Counted from the stretch's first letter, positions 28,510 to 40,436 are shown. The stretch is DNA of 64,000 nucleotides from Octopus vulgaris (GCA_951406725.2 OX597823.1:87668001-87732000); one strand, 5' to 3'. Notes: generated from the letters alone by a model not told the origin. Numbers and translations: made by a program.

Positions 28510-28755
28510 TTGGAGACGCAATGGCTTAGTGATTAGGGCAGCAAACTCGCGATCGTAGGATCGCGGTTTCGATTCCCAGACTGCGTAATAAACACTCACA
28601 ATGCCCAGTCTGGACTGACGAACCCTGCTGTACTCTCTCACCATAACTTTCTCTCACTCGTTCTTCCTGTTTCTGTTGTACCTGTACTTCAAACGGTCAG
28701 TCTTGTCATTCATTGTGTCACGTTGGAGTGTTCAGCCACTTGCACGTTAATTTCC
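28510..28755 (+). mobile_element. family A SINE, partial
   Basis: TGGAGACGCAATGGCTTAGTGATTAGGGCAGC head; homologous to 41970-42488. Confidence 0.8.
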
Positions 28756-29462
28756 AATGTATATATGTATGACTGTATATCGACCTCGAGATATATATCT
28801 AACAATAAGCTTTTCAATGTGTGTACATGTGTCTGTGTGTATGTGTGTATGTGTGTGTGTGTTTGTCTATCATGTATGAAACTATATACATGCATAAATA
28901 TATTTCCACGTAGGTGCATTACGTACGTGGAAGCGAGTGGCTTAGTCGTTTAGGGTGTTGCTCCTATGGTTCTGATTTTGTGGTTTCGAATCTTACACCA
29001 GATAATGTGTTGTATTTTTCAGCAAAATATTTCATACACCGCTAAATCCGGGAAGGCGACCTTGTGAACCAATGGCTAAGGAGAGCCCGCTGATCATTTC
29101 GACCTTGTACAGGTAATTATATATGCATATACATATCTACATCTGTAATATATACATATGCATTATACACGCAATACAGACACACACACATATATATGCT
29201 CACACACACACTCATATATATATATATGCTCACACACACATATATGTGTGTAAGTATATTTATCTGCTAGGTACCTACATTTCTTTTGCCGTTGACTTGT
29301 TTCGGTGATCAGACTGATGCCATGATGTAGCTCCACCTTGATGCTTTTTAACCGAGCGTACCAACCCTAGCGCTGGTACTTGTTCTATCATTCTAATATG
29401 CCAAACTGATAGTTCACGTGGACGTAAACACACCGACAAACAATGTCGAGACACAGTCACGT

Positions 29463-29502
<40 letters not shown>

Positions 29503-29507
<5 letters not shown>

Positions 29508-30014
29508 TAAGGAAAAATTTTGTTAAAAATGCAGAATGCTCAAATGAAAGAAAATTTTAATAAAATGAGAAATTGATAAAATATATAAATATATATTTAT
29601 TCAACCGGTTTTCGTCATTGTATGACTTGTCAAGAATATTTATGTTTTAAGAAGTTTTTTTAAAAATTAGAAAGGGGAAAAAAAGAAAATTGCATTGTTT
29701 TTTGTAAAAGAATAATGATAAAAATGTACAAAAATTAAAAAATAAGTTCTCCGATACATTGTGAGTTCGTTGTGTATCTTGAGTTTTATGGTTGTTTACG
29801 AAAAAATTACCTTGAGGTGTTAAGATCCAAAGGGATTGAGAGCATGTGTTGTGTTGTGTTGTTAAATTCAGCATGTTTGCAGGACAGGAAGTAGTAGTAA
29901 TTGTGGTCCTGGTTCTTCAGTTCCTGTGTTGTGAGTAAGGGGAGACAACTCTTTTGAGTTCTTCAATAAAACCCAAATTATAAAACTATCATTTCAGCTT
30001 CATTTGCATTATCT
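29503..30014 (-). repeat. 3' pseudo-LTR (inverted repeat, left arm)
   Basis: near-identical reverse complement of 33370-33880, with only a few differences seen. Confidence 0.95.
29598..29638 (-). ncRNA. minimal hammerhead ribozyme, U3-A8 core variant
   Basis: UAUUC-UUGACAA-GUCAU aca AUGAC-GAAA-ACCGGUU-GAAUA, in the sense orientation of the element. Confidence 0.7.
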
Positions 30015-30121
30015 TTTTTATATAATTGCTTGTTAACTTAACTTTCAGATTTTAACACTTTATTTATATTATTTTCTAATAATATAAATCTGCATAGACA
30101 ATTGCATTTCAAATTGTCATA

Positions 30122-30509
30122 TCATCTCTCTCTATATAAACGGCAGTTTGTCTGTGCGTGTTTCTGTGTGTCTGTTTTCTCGTACCCTCACCCTGACCAC
30201 GGCTTTCAACCGATTCTGATGAAACTTGACACACACATAGCCCAATGTCATAATTCAAAACTAACGCAGCGAAAATTTTGAAAAGTTCCCCCAGTTCTGA
30301 AAAAAATCGATAAATTCGACATGGGGTCGAGAATCAGAAACACGAACCACAAACTGTCTAGGGGACGCAACTCCACCTTTTTTAAATCTCAAAAAAAAAT
30401 TTACCATCATTTTTTTCCATTTTTTTGCTATTTTTTGGTTATAACTCTCTAAAAATGCTTTATAGTTATTTCCCTTACAAACCTGAGCAACGCCGGGCGA
30501 TACTGCTAG
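30122..30509 (+). mobile_element. non-autonomous Helitron nested in the Penelope 3' region
   Basis: A|TC start, (GTCT)-like tract, subterminal hairpin CCTGAGCAACGCCGGG, CTAG|T end, no TSD. Confidence 0.8.
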
Positions 30510-30656
30510 TTTATAATAAAAATGATAGTAATAACAACAATAGTAAAAATGATATTTAAAGAATATAAGTTTTAGCTTGAAGTGATGAATGCATGGTATC
30601 TTTATATATTTGTGTTAGTCCATCCATGAAGGGTGAGGTAGAGAAAGGAAGTTTGA

Positions 30657-33005
30657 TCAACGAGGAGTTTGCATATTAAGTTGTGTTTGGAATTTTTCAA
30701 TTAAGATATTCTCCTTGTTAATTCTCTCCTGTGTGGTGATCCCGTCTTTACATTGGTAGAAGGGGAATATATAGAATTTGGGGTTTAAGTCTTTAGCACA
30801 TGAGTCTAAGTGGTCACTCAGTGGAATTTGTCGGTATTCCGGGAGATTTATTTGTTCTTTATGCACCGTTACTCGTTTACGTAACGGGAGACTCGTTTGT
30901 CCAACATAATTATGTTGGCAACCAGCGCATGTGAGAACGTAGATAAGGTTCTCGGAGGAACAGGAGAAGTTAGTCTTGATTTTAAACTTCGTACCTTGTT
31001 TGAAGGTAAATTCAGAGCCTTCAAGTAGAAAGGGGCAGGTACCACAGTTTGAGCGTGCACATTTTTTTACTGTTGGGGGTGGATGTGGTGTGTGAAGTTT
31101 GGCATTTGTCAAGAGTTTTTTTAAAGATGTGTGTTGCCTTTTGCATTTGAGGATTTTGTGTGTATTTATAATGTTTTTCATTTTTGGGTCTGTTGACAGT
31201 AGACTGAGGTTTTGTATGATTGTGGTGTATGCTTCGATATTTTTGGGGTTGTGGGTGGAAATGTATGGAAGTATTTTGAGGTTGTGTGTGGTGTTAGGTT
31301 GGGTGGTTTTCAGTGTAGTGTTGTCTAGTTCTTTGGCGCGTTTTATTCCATACTCTATAAGGGTGGAGGGATATTGACGTTGTAATAGTGTTTTTTTGAG
31401 GTCTTGAAGGCGTATTTCTCGTGTTTTTGGATCCGAGACAATGGTGCATACCCTTTTAGCTAAATTGAAAGGGATATTTGTCTTGGTGTGTTTTGGGTGG
31501 CATGAACTAAAGAGGAGGTATTGTTGTGAGTCTGTAGGTTTGTGGTAGATGTCTGTTATGATTTGGTTCTTAGGTGTTTTTATAATTAGGAGATCAAGGA
31601 ATGGGAGATGATGTTTGCTTAATTCCATAGTGAATTGGATGTTGGGATGTATGTTGTTTAGTATGGTTTTGAATTCCAGGAGTTTTTCATAAGGTTCTTT
31701 CCATATGATGAAACAATCATCTAAATACCTTTTCCAGTTTTCCATTAGGTAGGTGTGGAAAACATGTCCAAATTTCTGGCTTGATATTTCATAGAGTGAC
31801 AGTTCGAAGTAACCCATTATGAGGTTCGCAAGGACTGGTGCAGCCTTGGTACCCATCGCAATGTCACATTTTTGACGGTAGTGTGTGTCGTCGAAGAGAA
31901 AAAAATTGTTTGTCAGAATGAACTAAAGAGATTCTGTAATAAAAGACTTGTTAATGCGGTCAGGGAATGTCTCTGGGTGTTTTTCTAGCCAGAAGTCAAT
32001 TGCCTCTATACCATACTCATGTGGAATGTTGGTGTAGAGGTTGATGACATCAAAGGATACCAGGAGTGCCTCCTCGTTAACTGTTTTCGGGAGGTGTTTG
32101 AGCATGTCCAGATCATCCCTAATGAAACTTTTGATGTGGGTAAGGAAAGGTTTCAAAAGGATGTCTAGGAAGTTACTCAGGCGGTGTGTTTCACAGGAGG
32201 TACCAGCCACGATGGGCCTTAGTTTTAGGTCCTCCGGTGCTTTGATGTTGATGTGGATGTCAGTGGAGAGTTTGCAGGCTTCGGTGATGTATTTGTTTTT
32301 ATGGATTTTAGGAAGGCCATAAAAAAAGGTGGGCTTGCATTTGAAAATGGGGATATAATCCCTTTCTTTTTCTGTGAGTCCCTGACCGTGTTGGCGTAAG
32401 AGTGTGGTGAGGTTTCTGATTGTTTTTTGCTGTTTGTAGTTGTTAATAACCTCATAGAAAATGTTATTGTTAAGCATGGAGAACACTAGGTGTTTATAAA
32501 ATTCCGTGTCCATAAGGACCACAGCACTCCCTTTGTCGGCTTCTTTGATGGTGAGGTTTTTATCCAGTTGTATGTCACGTAGGTTTTCCCATTCTTCCTT
32601 ACTGAAATTGGATTTTCCCTTGGTTTTGCTTGGGGTAAAGGGGAGACTCTGGATGTGTTTACAGAAATCGTCCAGTGTTTTATTTCTCCCTTTTGGTGGT
32701 AGGAAGTTGCTTTTATTTCTGATCAATGAATCGTCCCCATTGTTGATATCTGTCAAAGCTTCTGTTAGGCGAAGTTTTCTGCAGAATTCAGAAATGTCAT
32801 CCTTGACCTCCGGGGGGTTGGGTGTTCTTGGGGTGGGTGTGAATTTCAAACCTCTTGCTAGGATGTTGAATTGGGTTGGTGTCAGTGTTTTGCTGGAGAG
32901 GTTTATAATTTTTGTTTTCTTATTTTGGGTCTGTGTTAGCGGTGGTGTTTGTATTTTTCCCCTCTGTCTAAAAAATGGTTGTTGAGGTAAGGGGTGTATT
33001 CTTTG
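30657..33005 (-). pseudogene. Penelope-like reverse transcriptase / GIY-YIG endonuclease ORF with one in-frame TAG at 31923-31925
   Basis: IINLS..LT...LARGLKFTPTP, ADKG, YGLPKIHK, LRPIV, SFDVINLYTNIP, AMG, RYLDD, LPFLDL, CxxxxCxxC linker, LIYVLTC..C...YVGQT...RKR; track ORFs 31923-32849 and 30657-31856 are in the same frame. Confidence 0.93.
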
Positions 33006-33367
33006 TTAAAGTTCTGGTTGTATGTGTAGGAGTGTTTTTGGGTGGGGAGGTTGGAGGGGGGTAGGTAGTTGTCGTATTTGTGTTGGTATGGGATGCGATG
33101 GTGTAAGGATTTGTGAGAAATGCGATGGGTTTGTGGGTGTGTGTCTGGTAGATTGTATGGGGGGATGTAGGGGGGTATGTAGTTGTGGTGATTGGGTTCG
33201 TGTGGGATGTGAGGGTTTGGAGATCTGTAGGAGATGTGGTAGGAATGTGGTTGTTGGATGGGTGGACTATAGGGGGTTCGTTGGGTGGGTCTTATATGTA
33301 TCGGTGTGGGTAGGATGCCTTGTTTGTTATTAGTGTGAGGGAGGGGAGCGTTGAGGGGGGATAATTT
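32936..33367 (-). CDS. upstream Pro/His/Tyr/Asn-rich ORF of the Penelope element, 5'-truncated, overlapping the RT frame
   Basis: 143 stop-free codons read by hand (...GILPTP...PPYIPPY...YLNNHFLDRGEKYKHHR*), running from the inversion junction; missing from the track because it has no start codon. Confidence 0.6.
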   Translation of the reverse strand, partial: KLSPLNAPLPHTNNKQGILPTPIHIRPTQRTPYSPPIQQPHSYHISYRSPNPHIPHEPNHHNYIPPYIPPYNLPDTHPQTHRISHKSLHHRIPYQHKYDNYLPPSNLPTQKHSYTYNQNFNKEYTPYLNNHFLDRGEKYKHHR

Positions 33368-33369
33368 CT

Positions 33370-33880
33370 AGATAATGCAAATGAAGCTGAAATGATAGTT
33401 TTATAATTTGGGTTTTATTGAAGAACTCAAAAGAGTTGTCTCCCCTTACTCACAACACAGGAACTGAAGAACCAGGACCACAATTACTACTACTTCCTGT
33501 CCTGCAAACATGCTGAATTTAACAACACAACACAACACATGCTCTTAATCCCTTTGGATCTTAACACCTCAAGGTAATTTTTTCGTAAACAACCATAAAA
33601 CTCAAGATACACAACGAACTCACAATGTATCGGAGAACTTATTTTTTAATTTTTGTACATTTTTATCATTATTCTTTTACAAAAAACAATGCAATTTTCT
33701 TTTTTCCCCTTTCTAATTTTTAAAAAAACTTCTTAAAACATAAATATTCTTGACAAGTCATACAATGACGAAAACCGGTTGAATAAATATATATTTAATT
33801 ATTTTATCAATTTCTCATTTTATTAAAATTTTCTTTCATTTGAGCATTCTGCATTTTTAAAAAAAATTTTCCTTACTTAT
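33370..33880 (+). repeat. inverted pseudo-LTR (right arm)
   Basis: reverse complement of 29503-30014. Confidence 0.95.
33745..33785 (+). ncRNA. minimal hammerhead ribozyme, U3-A8 variant (inverted copy)
   Basis: TATTC TTGACAA GTCAT ACA ATGAC GAAA ACCGGTT GAATA. Confidence 0.7.
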
Positions 33881-33924
33881 CATTTCTCCACGTGCGGTCA
33901 ACACAACCCCACCATTTATTGATC

Positions 33925-33983
<59 letters not shown>

Positions 33984-34379
33984 ACATGGCAGTTTTCTTT
34001 AATTTTCTCTCTACTTGTAATCCATCATGTTGAGTGCATACTAACTTAAAATAAACTGTAAATTTTCGCCTATCAAGAAAAGTGTAGAATGTGTTTGAAT
34101 CTCTCACCATTTGTTTTAAAACTAAATTTAAAATATGCTCTTTCGTTTTCAATATCATTGTATATGTAATTATAAAAGAAACCGGCTTTCAGGAATAGCG
34201 ACCGCACGTTGTGCAATTAAGTGACAAGTAAAAAGAAACAAAGAAAATGCACACTAGGTGCGGATGTAATGGATCTTTTTCATAAACAAATAATATATTT
34301 ACAAACAAATGAGTTGAAGTTGAATTAAGATGTAAAAAATCATTATAAAAAGTCATACCGATTTCGATATACATGATCG

Positions 34380-34415
<36 letters not shown>

Positions 34416-34466
34416 GTGTGTGTGTGTATATGTATGCATCTCTCTCGCTCTTTCTCTGTATATTTG

Positions 34467-34511
<45 letters not shown>

Positions 34512-34565
34512 ACATACACACAAATTTTAGAACTACTGTTGTATGTGTATATACTTGTGTGCGTG

Positions 34566-34596
<31 letters not shown>

Positions 34597-34670
34597 CTAT
34601 GTTTATATATATATATATAAACATACATATATATATGTATATATATATACATACATACATACATACACAC

Positions 34671-34702
<32 letters not shown>

Positions 34703-34712
34703 GTATACATTT

Positions 34713-34754
<42 letters not shown>

Positions 34755-34757
34755 GAT
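34380..34757. repeat. (TA)/(TG)/(TACA) compound microsatellite
   Basis: directly visible. Confidence 0.9.
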
Positions 34758-34987
34758 ATTATATGTGTGATTTCCTGCGCTAGAATTCCGTTAATGTTCC
34801 AGCTTTAGGAATATTATTAGATTTCTACTTCAATTTGAAAGCCAATAGTTTTCTTATCTCAATTCCCTTTCTATTTTTATAATCAGAACTTATTAATTCC
34901 CTTAGAATTTTACATCGTTGTGTCCGGCCGCCTATTATTTCATATTTGTGTGAAACGGATTAGCAGAAGGCTACAAGTCAGCTCGAA

Positions 34988-36115
34988 TGAAAGATAGAAA
35001 AGGAAAGAGCAGAGTAAGAGAGAGAGAGATAATGACCGTGAAAGAAGAGAGACACATGGAAAGCAGGCTGTTTATTCAAATATTGAAATACTGATTGAAA
35101 CACACTAGAGGGGTAAAGGGAGAGAGAGAGAGAGAGAGAGAGAGTGTGGTAAAAGTAGAGAAAGAGAGTGTGCGTGTGTGTGTGTGTGGTTAAAGGAGAG
35201 AGAAAGAGTGGGAGAAGAGAGAATAGGAGAGGAAGAGTAGTGTGGGAGAGGGCGTGGGGGTGAGTGGAAGAAGGAGGAAAGGATATAGGAAAGGGGAATG
35301 TGAGAGATAGAGGAAGAGTAGGAGAGAGAATAGGAGGAAGACAGTGGGATAGGGAAAGAGTTGGAGAGGGGCAGAGAGTGGGAGATAGAGAGAGAATCAT
35401 AGAATCAAAAAGATAGAAATAGTAGAAGGAGAAGAAACAGGAGAAGAAGAAGAATCAAGAGATGATGGAGAAGAAGGAGAGAAGAAAAAGTAGAAACAGA
35501 AGAGGGAAAAGACGTACGTTAGGAAGGAGTAAAAAGAGGAAAAAATAACAAAGGAAAAGAAGAAATGGAAGAAGATGAAGAAGAACGAGAAGATCGAGAA
35601 GAAGAAGAAGAAGGAGGAGGAGGAGGAGAAGAAGAAATAGTAGTAGTAGTAGTAGTAGAAGAAGAAGAGGAAGAAGAAGTAGAAGAAGAGGAGGAAGAAG
35701 AAGAAGGAGAAGAACGCAAAGCATTTCGCCTGGGTGCTAACGATTCTACTAGCCGACCGCCTTAAGAAGAAGAAAAAGAAGAAGGAGAAGAAGAAGAAGT
35801 AGAAGAAGGAGAAGTAGGTTAGGAAGAAGGAACAAAGTAAAGGAGGAAGAGAAAGGTGAAGAAACACATGATGGAGAAGGAAAAGAATGAGATGGAGAAG
35901 AAAGGAGAAAAAACGCAGGTTCAAGGAGGAGAGAAAACAGGAAGAAGTGGATATTGTAATAGAATTAGAAAAGAATTCTAGAAATGGATGCTTTTGGATG
36001 AAGGCGTTAAATAGCTTGGATATCGGATGTATTAATATCATCGGTGTGGAACCCAATCATGAACCGATCAAGCTCTTGAATGCAAGAACGAGATATTAAT
36101 CCATATCATTCTATC

Positions 36116-36146
<31 letters not shown>

Positions 36147-36303
36147 CTTCTTCTTCTTCTCCTTCTTTTCCTCTTTTTTTTCTTCTTCTTCTTCTTCTTC
36201 TCCTTCTTCTTCTTCTTCTTCTTCTTCTTCTTCTCCTTCTTTTCCTCTTCTCCTTCTTCATCTTCTTCTTCTTCTTCCTCTTCTTCTCCTCCTTCTTCTT
36301 TCT
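34988..36303. repeat. long polypurine (GAA/GGA) tract followed by a polypyrimidine (TTC)n tract
   Basis: purine-rich about 34988-35950, pyrimidine-rich 36115-36303; family C head fragment at 35714-35764. Confidence 0.85.
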
Positions 36304-36874
36304 ATATCAGCCCCACCCCCCTCCAACACTTCCTTCCTCTCTTGCCAATACAGCCATTTATTATAATAGGTTTGGAATCTTTGGTGTCTCTCCTCCCATA
36401 TATTTCATTTATTCTTATTTTCCATTTTAGAAATGAATTATCGATGAAGATGCTCTTGTAGACAACTGAGTTATGATATTCAATGATTCTCTGTGTGTTT
36501 GACTGAACATGTATATGTGTATGCATATGTGTATGTGTGTTTCTGTGTGTTTCAGTGCAATGCAAATGTCTGGTCGATTAAAATCACAACTAATCAATAA
36601 CGGATATCTCTAAGGGAGTTAGACGTAGTATTTAAATTCGTTGTAGTTAATCCTACCCCTTTCTAGTACTAGGCTCAATGGGATCCGGTCTTTCCAGTGG
36701 ACACCATCGAATGCATAGACATGTTTTTTTTTTTCATGATACGTAACTACTGGGCTTCCATATAATCTTGCACAGAACCGAATCATAGAAAAACAACGCC
36801 AGAATTATTTCAAATACACTAAAAATGTTCAATGATGACGTTTTACAATATAAAATTGGGCGCATGGTAACGCA

Positions 36875-37300
36875 GTGAGCTGGCAGAATCGTTAGCGCAA
36901 GGGGCAGAATGCTTAGCGGCATTTCTTACGTGTCTATGTTTCTTAGTTCAAGTTCTATCGAAACTAACTTTGCATTCGATCGTTTCTAGGTTGAGAAAAT
37001 AGGTACCATGTGAGCATTGGGATCGAGGAAAATGCTGGCCTAGTGCCAAAACTTATTTCTTTACTGCCCACAAGGCACTACACACAGAAGGGACAAACAA
37101 GGACAGACAAGCGGATTAAGTCGATTATATCGACCCCAGTACGTAACTGGTACTTATTTAATCGACCCAGAAAGGATGAAAGGCAAAGTCGACCTCGGCA
37201 AAATTTGAACTCAGAACGTAGCGGCAGACGAAATACCGCTAAGCATTCCGCCCGGCCGGCTAACGTTTCTGCCAGCTCGCCGCCTTGTGCCAAATCTTGA
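36875..37300. mobile_element. family C SINE (37053-37286, minus) nested in the tail of an older plus-strand family C copy
   Basis: near-consensus inner copy with GTGCCAAA direct repeats. Confidence 0.85.
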
Positions 37301-37949
37301 AAGAATATAAAAGTGAATGAATTTACAATTTATAGAACCACTAATATTTACACAGCACAAAGCAATGTAGAACACGGAATATATGAAAGTAAGAACACAA
37401 TCATTAAAAATGAAATATATATATAAATGATAAGCGATAAACGTCTGTTTGTGTTGATCTGAAGAATTCGTATTCCTGATAACGCTGTCAGGTCATTCCT
37501 TTCCTATGTTGCTTATAGCTGGAGATAGTATAATAGTGGGGAAAAATGAGTTATGTCTTCTGAATGGTTGAAAATATACTTCTATGTTTTCGCAGTGATA
37601 GCACTCGACTTCCTTCTGTTTAAATTGCCACGACCTCACAGGTTATTGACTTCAATTCATAGAATATTAATTTTTAACCGGAGAGCGATCATCATGACAA
37701 TTTCGTGTTTGCATGATTGTCTTGGAAAGATCTCCCGTAAGCCATTTTCGTTTAAAAAGAGAATTATACAATGAATATCGCAATTTTGACTGTTTAAAAT
37801 ATCAACGTTTCACGCTGGAATGCTTTTCACAATATAACACGTCGATCGACGCTGATAGTGAGCAAGAGAAACGGCAATGCCATCCGCGTCAGTATAAACA
37901 ACGGCATTAACTGAGCAAAGAAGTTATAGTTAAAATTACAAATATATTT

Positions 37950-38165
37950 AGGACGAGAAACTGGCAGAATTTTGCACGCCGGGCAAAGTGCTTAGCGGCA
38001 TTTCGACCGATTTTTCGTTCTGAGTTGAATTTACACCGAGGTCGAATTTACACTCAGGCTTTCATCCTTTCAGTGTTGATAAAATAAGGACTAGTTGAGC
38101 AATGGGAGCGATTAGATCGTCTTGCTCCCTACCCTGAATTTACTGTCCTTGTGCCAAAATTTGAC
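37950..38165 (+). mobile_element. family C SINE
   Basis: CTGGCAGAA...GCACGCCGGGCAAAGTGCTTAGCGGCATTTCG...TTTCATCCTTTC. Confidence 0.8.
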
Positions 38166-40436
38166 AGCAGAATTACAGGTGCTCTTTACCCTCAAAGCAA
38201 TTTTAATTGTCAGCAATCTTGTAGCAAAGTGATGAGATTTCTGTCAATAACTAATTCCTAAGATAAAAGATACTATGTCATTGGGTTAAGAAGGTTTATA
38301 TAACACTTTTAAAATCAGCTTCTTGTTTACTGCAAATCTTTTCCGCAAGAATGCCAACAGTAGTGACACAGGAAGTAAATTTGATGTCAAATATAAAGAA
38401 CGTCTGTGATATAATTTGATACGAATAAAATGTCGGTTAAATTAGATCCAGTTTATAATTATAGAAAGGAATAACCAAAGACAATGAATAGAACCACAAT
38501 ACAAAACAAATATAGGCCAGAACAGTAGCAAAAAGACAAATAACGGCAATAACAACAACAATATATCGCGGAGGACGATACTGGGAGATTGAGAACATTA
38601 GATTGTTTAAATATTGATAGGAAACTGGAAACTACTATTCGCAACATATGTCAGCAGCGCATGCGATTCTTCAAACAGGAACACATATATGGGTTTGCAA
38701 TACATTGCAATGAGATTCTAGTTTAGCACATGACGTAGTTTAATGCTTCTTGTTTATTTCTTTAACCTATTTCAATTTGCCTGCAGTCAGTCCTATGAAT
38801 ATTTTCAAAGCGAAACCATAAGAAAATCACTTTACCGATATCTTATTAAGGAAGACAAAATCGGTTAAGAATTTACATAGATTTTTTTTATGCGAGCTAA
38901 TTACACGTACAGGGAATCATCAAAACGCTAAACAGTATATCTGAAGACTAATTACGAATGTGAGGCTATGTCTGGGAAAAAAAAGCAAAAACACCATCGT
39001 TTATTATGTTAATGTCGAGACTGATATTTTAATTGTTTTCGCTGTTGATATCGAGTGAATTACGCGTATCTCATGTCTGCAGTGTATAAGAACTTACCAA
39101 AGAAAATATAAAAGAGAAAGGAGTTTTGCTGTTCATTAGTGATCGGCAGGTTAATTAGTGCACAAAGAAATCAATATTTGATTAAGTACTTAGTCACAGT
39201 GAGCAGCTCATTTCTCACTTTTATATACACGCACTTCATAATTCATGAAATATAGCAACATTAAGCCATCCAAAGTGATTTTGCAGACACGAAGAAATGG
39301 TTATATTACTCAATTTACACCTCAATTTATAGAAGAATACAGACAAGCTTAGTGAATCTTTTATCATTCGATATCCTGATTAAGGGTTAATAATGACCAG
39401 CTTATCCCTTATAATGAAAATTGCTTTTCATTGAAAAGAGGGCCGAGGGTAATAAAGAAAGTATAGTAAGGAAACTCATTCTAAATATATTACTGGTACA
39501 TGTTCCTTTTCTTCCAAGTTGGAGGGGTGGTATTTTAAATCCTGATGACTTAGCATATTCAATTTAATTCTGAAAATTGAATGCAGAATACTGAATACTG
39601 AAATAAAACATTTCGAGATATATAGCAACAACCTTCTATCTCTCCTCTCTACACAGTAAACACGTTTTTAAGATTGAAACGTTACATATTGAATTGATCT
39701 AGTAATTCGTTAATGAACATAAATGACAAACCATCAAATTGTTCTTGTGCGATTTACTTCCCAGATAAGATATGATTAAATGGAGCAAAAACTAAAGCGG
39801 TCCTACCATTACTTTTAATTCGATTCTGTGATGTGTCCAGAATTGCATTACCCAGAAATTTGAGAAAATTTTGGTTGGTATTTCTAGCTAGTCTACAGTT
39901 GGTACGTTAAGGCCATCTCCTAAAAGGAAAATTTAAAATCTCACACGATTTCGGTTATTCCTAAAATCTATTAACATTCGTATATGGAAAGTAAAATGTA
40001 ATGAAGCGTTTGAAAATGCTTCAAATGATGTTTCTATGTCTTTTAGACAATTTGCGTATTTCCATCGTTCACATTCCGATATAATAATATTACTATGCAA
40101 TGCAGAATTGAATGCAACACAACATTTTTAAGGCGCCTTATTATCTGACTGATTAAAAAACAGAATGCAACACCTGAACGCGTTGCATTATTTAAAGAAC
40201 TAATTTTTTATGATTCCCTTGTCAGCTTTATGTCTGTTTTAACAAGATTAGTTGCCATCAAGTGAGTAAATAAGTAAAACAACTATAAACTTCATTTTCT
40301 GAAGATCTTTAAACTGATAACATATATTAATACGCGACATAGAAGTTTCTTGGGGAAATGAAATAAAAAAAAACACAAAGAATAAGGATATGCTTTATTA
40401 ACATTGATCGCCTTTCCTCTGACGCCTGTTTCTCAA

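Larger units (their letters stand above)
29503..33924 (-). mobile_element. Penelope-like element (Neptune type) with inverted pseudo-LTRs
   Basis: RT plus GIY-YIG ORF, ~512-bp inverted repeats, hammerhead motifs, (AT)n on both flanks. Confidence 0.93.

Noticed and set aside
32041-33333. Plus-strand ORFs 32041-32322, 32506-32985 and 33022-33333
   Set aside because: Antisense shadows of the Penelope ORFs
33461-33515. Second CTGAAGA..CAGGAC/GTCCTG hairpin within the pLTR
   Set aside because: Followed by CAAA rather than GAAA and lacks stem I
29503-33880. Interpretation as a TIR DNA transposon or LTR retrotransposon
   Set aside because: The ORF is PLE-type RT plus GIY-YIG, with no transposase, integrase, protease or RNase H
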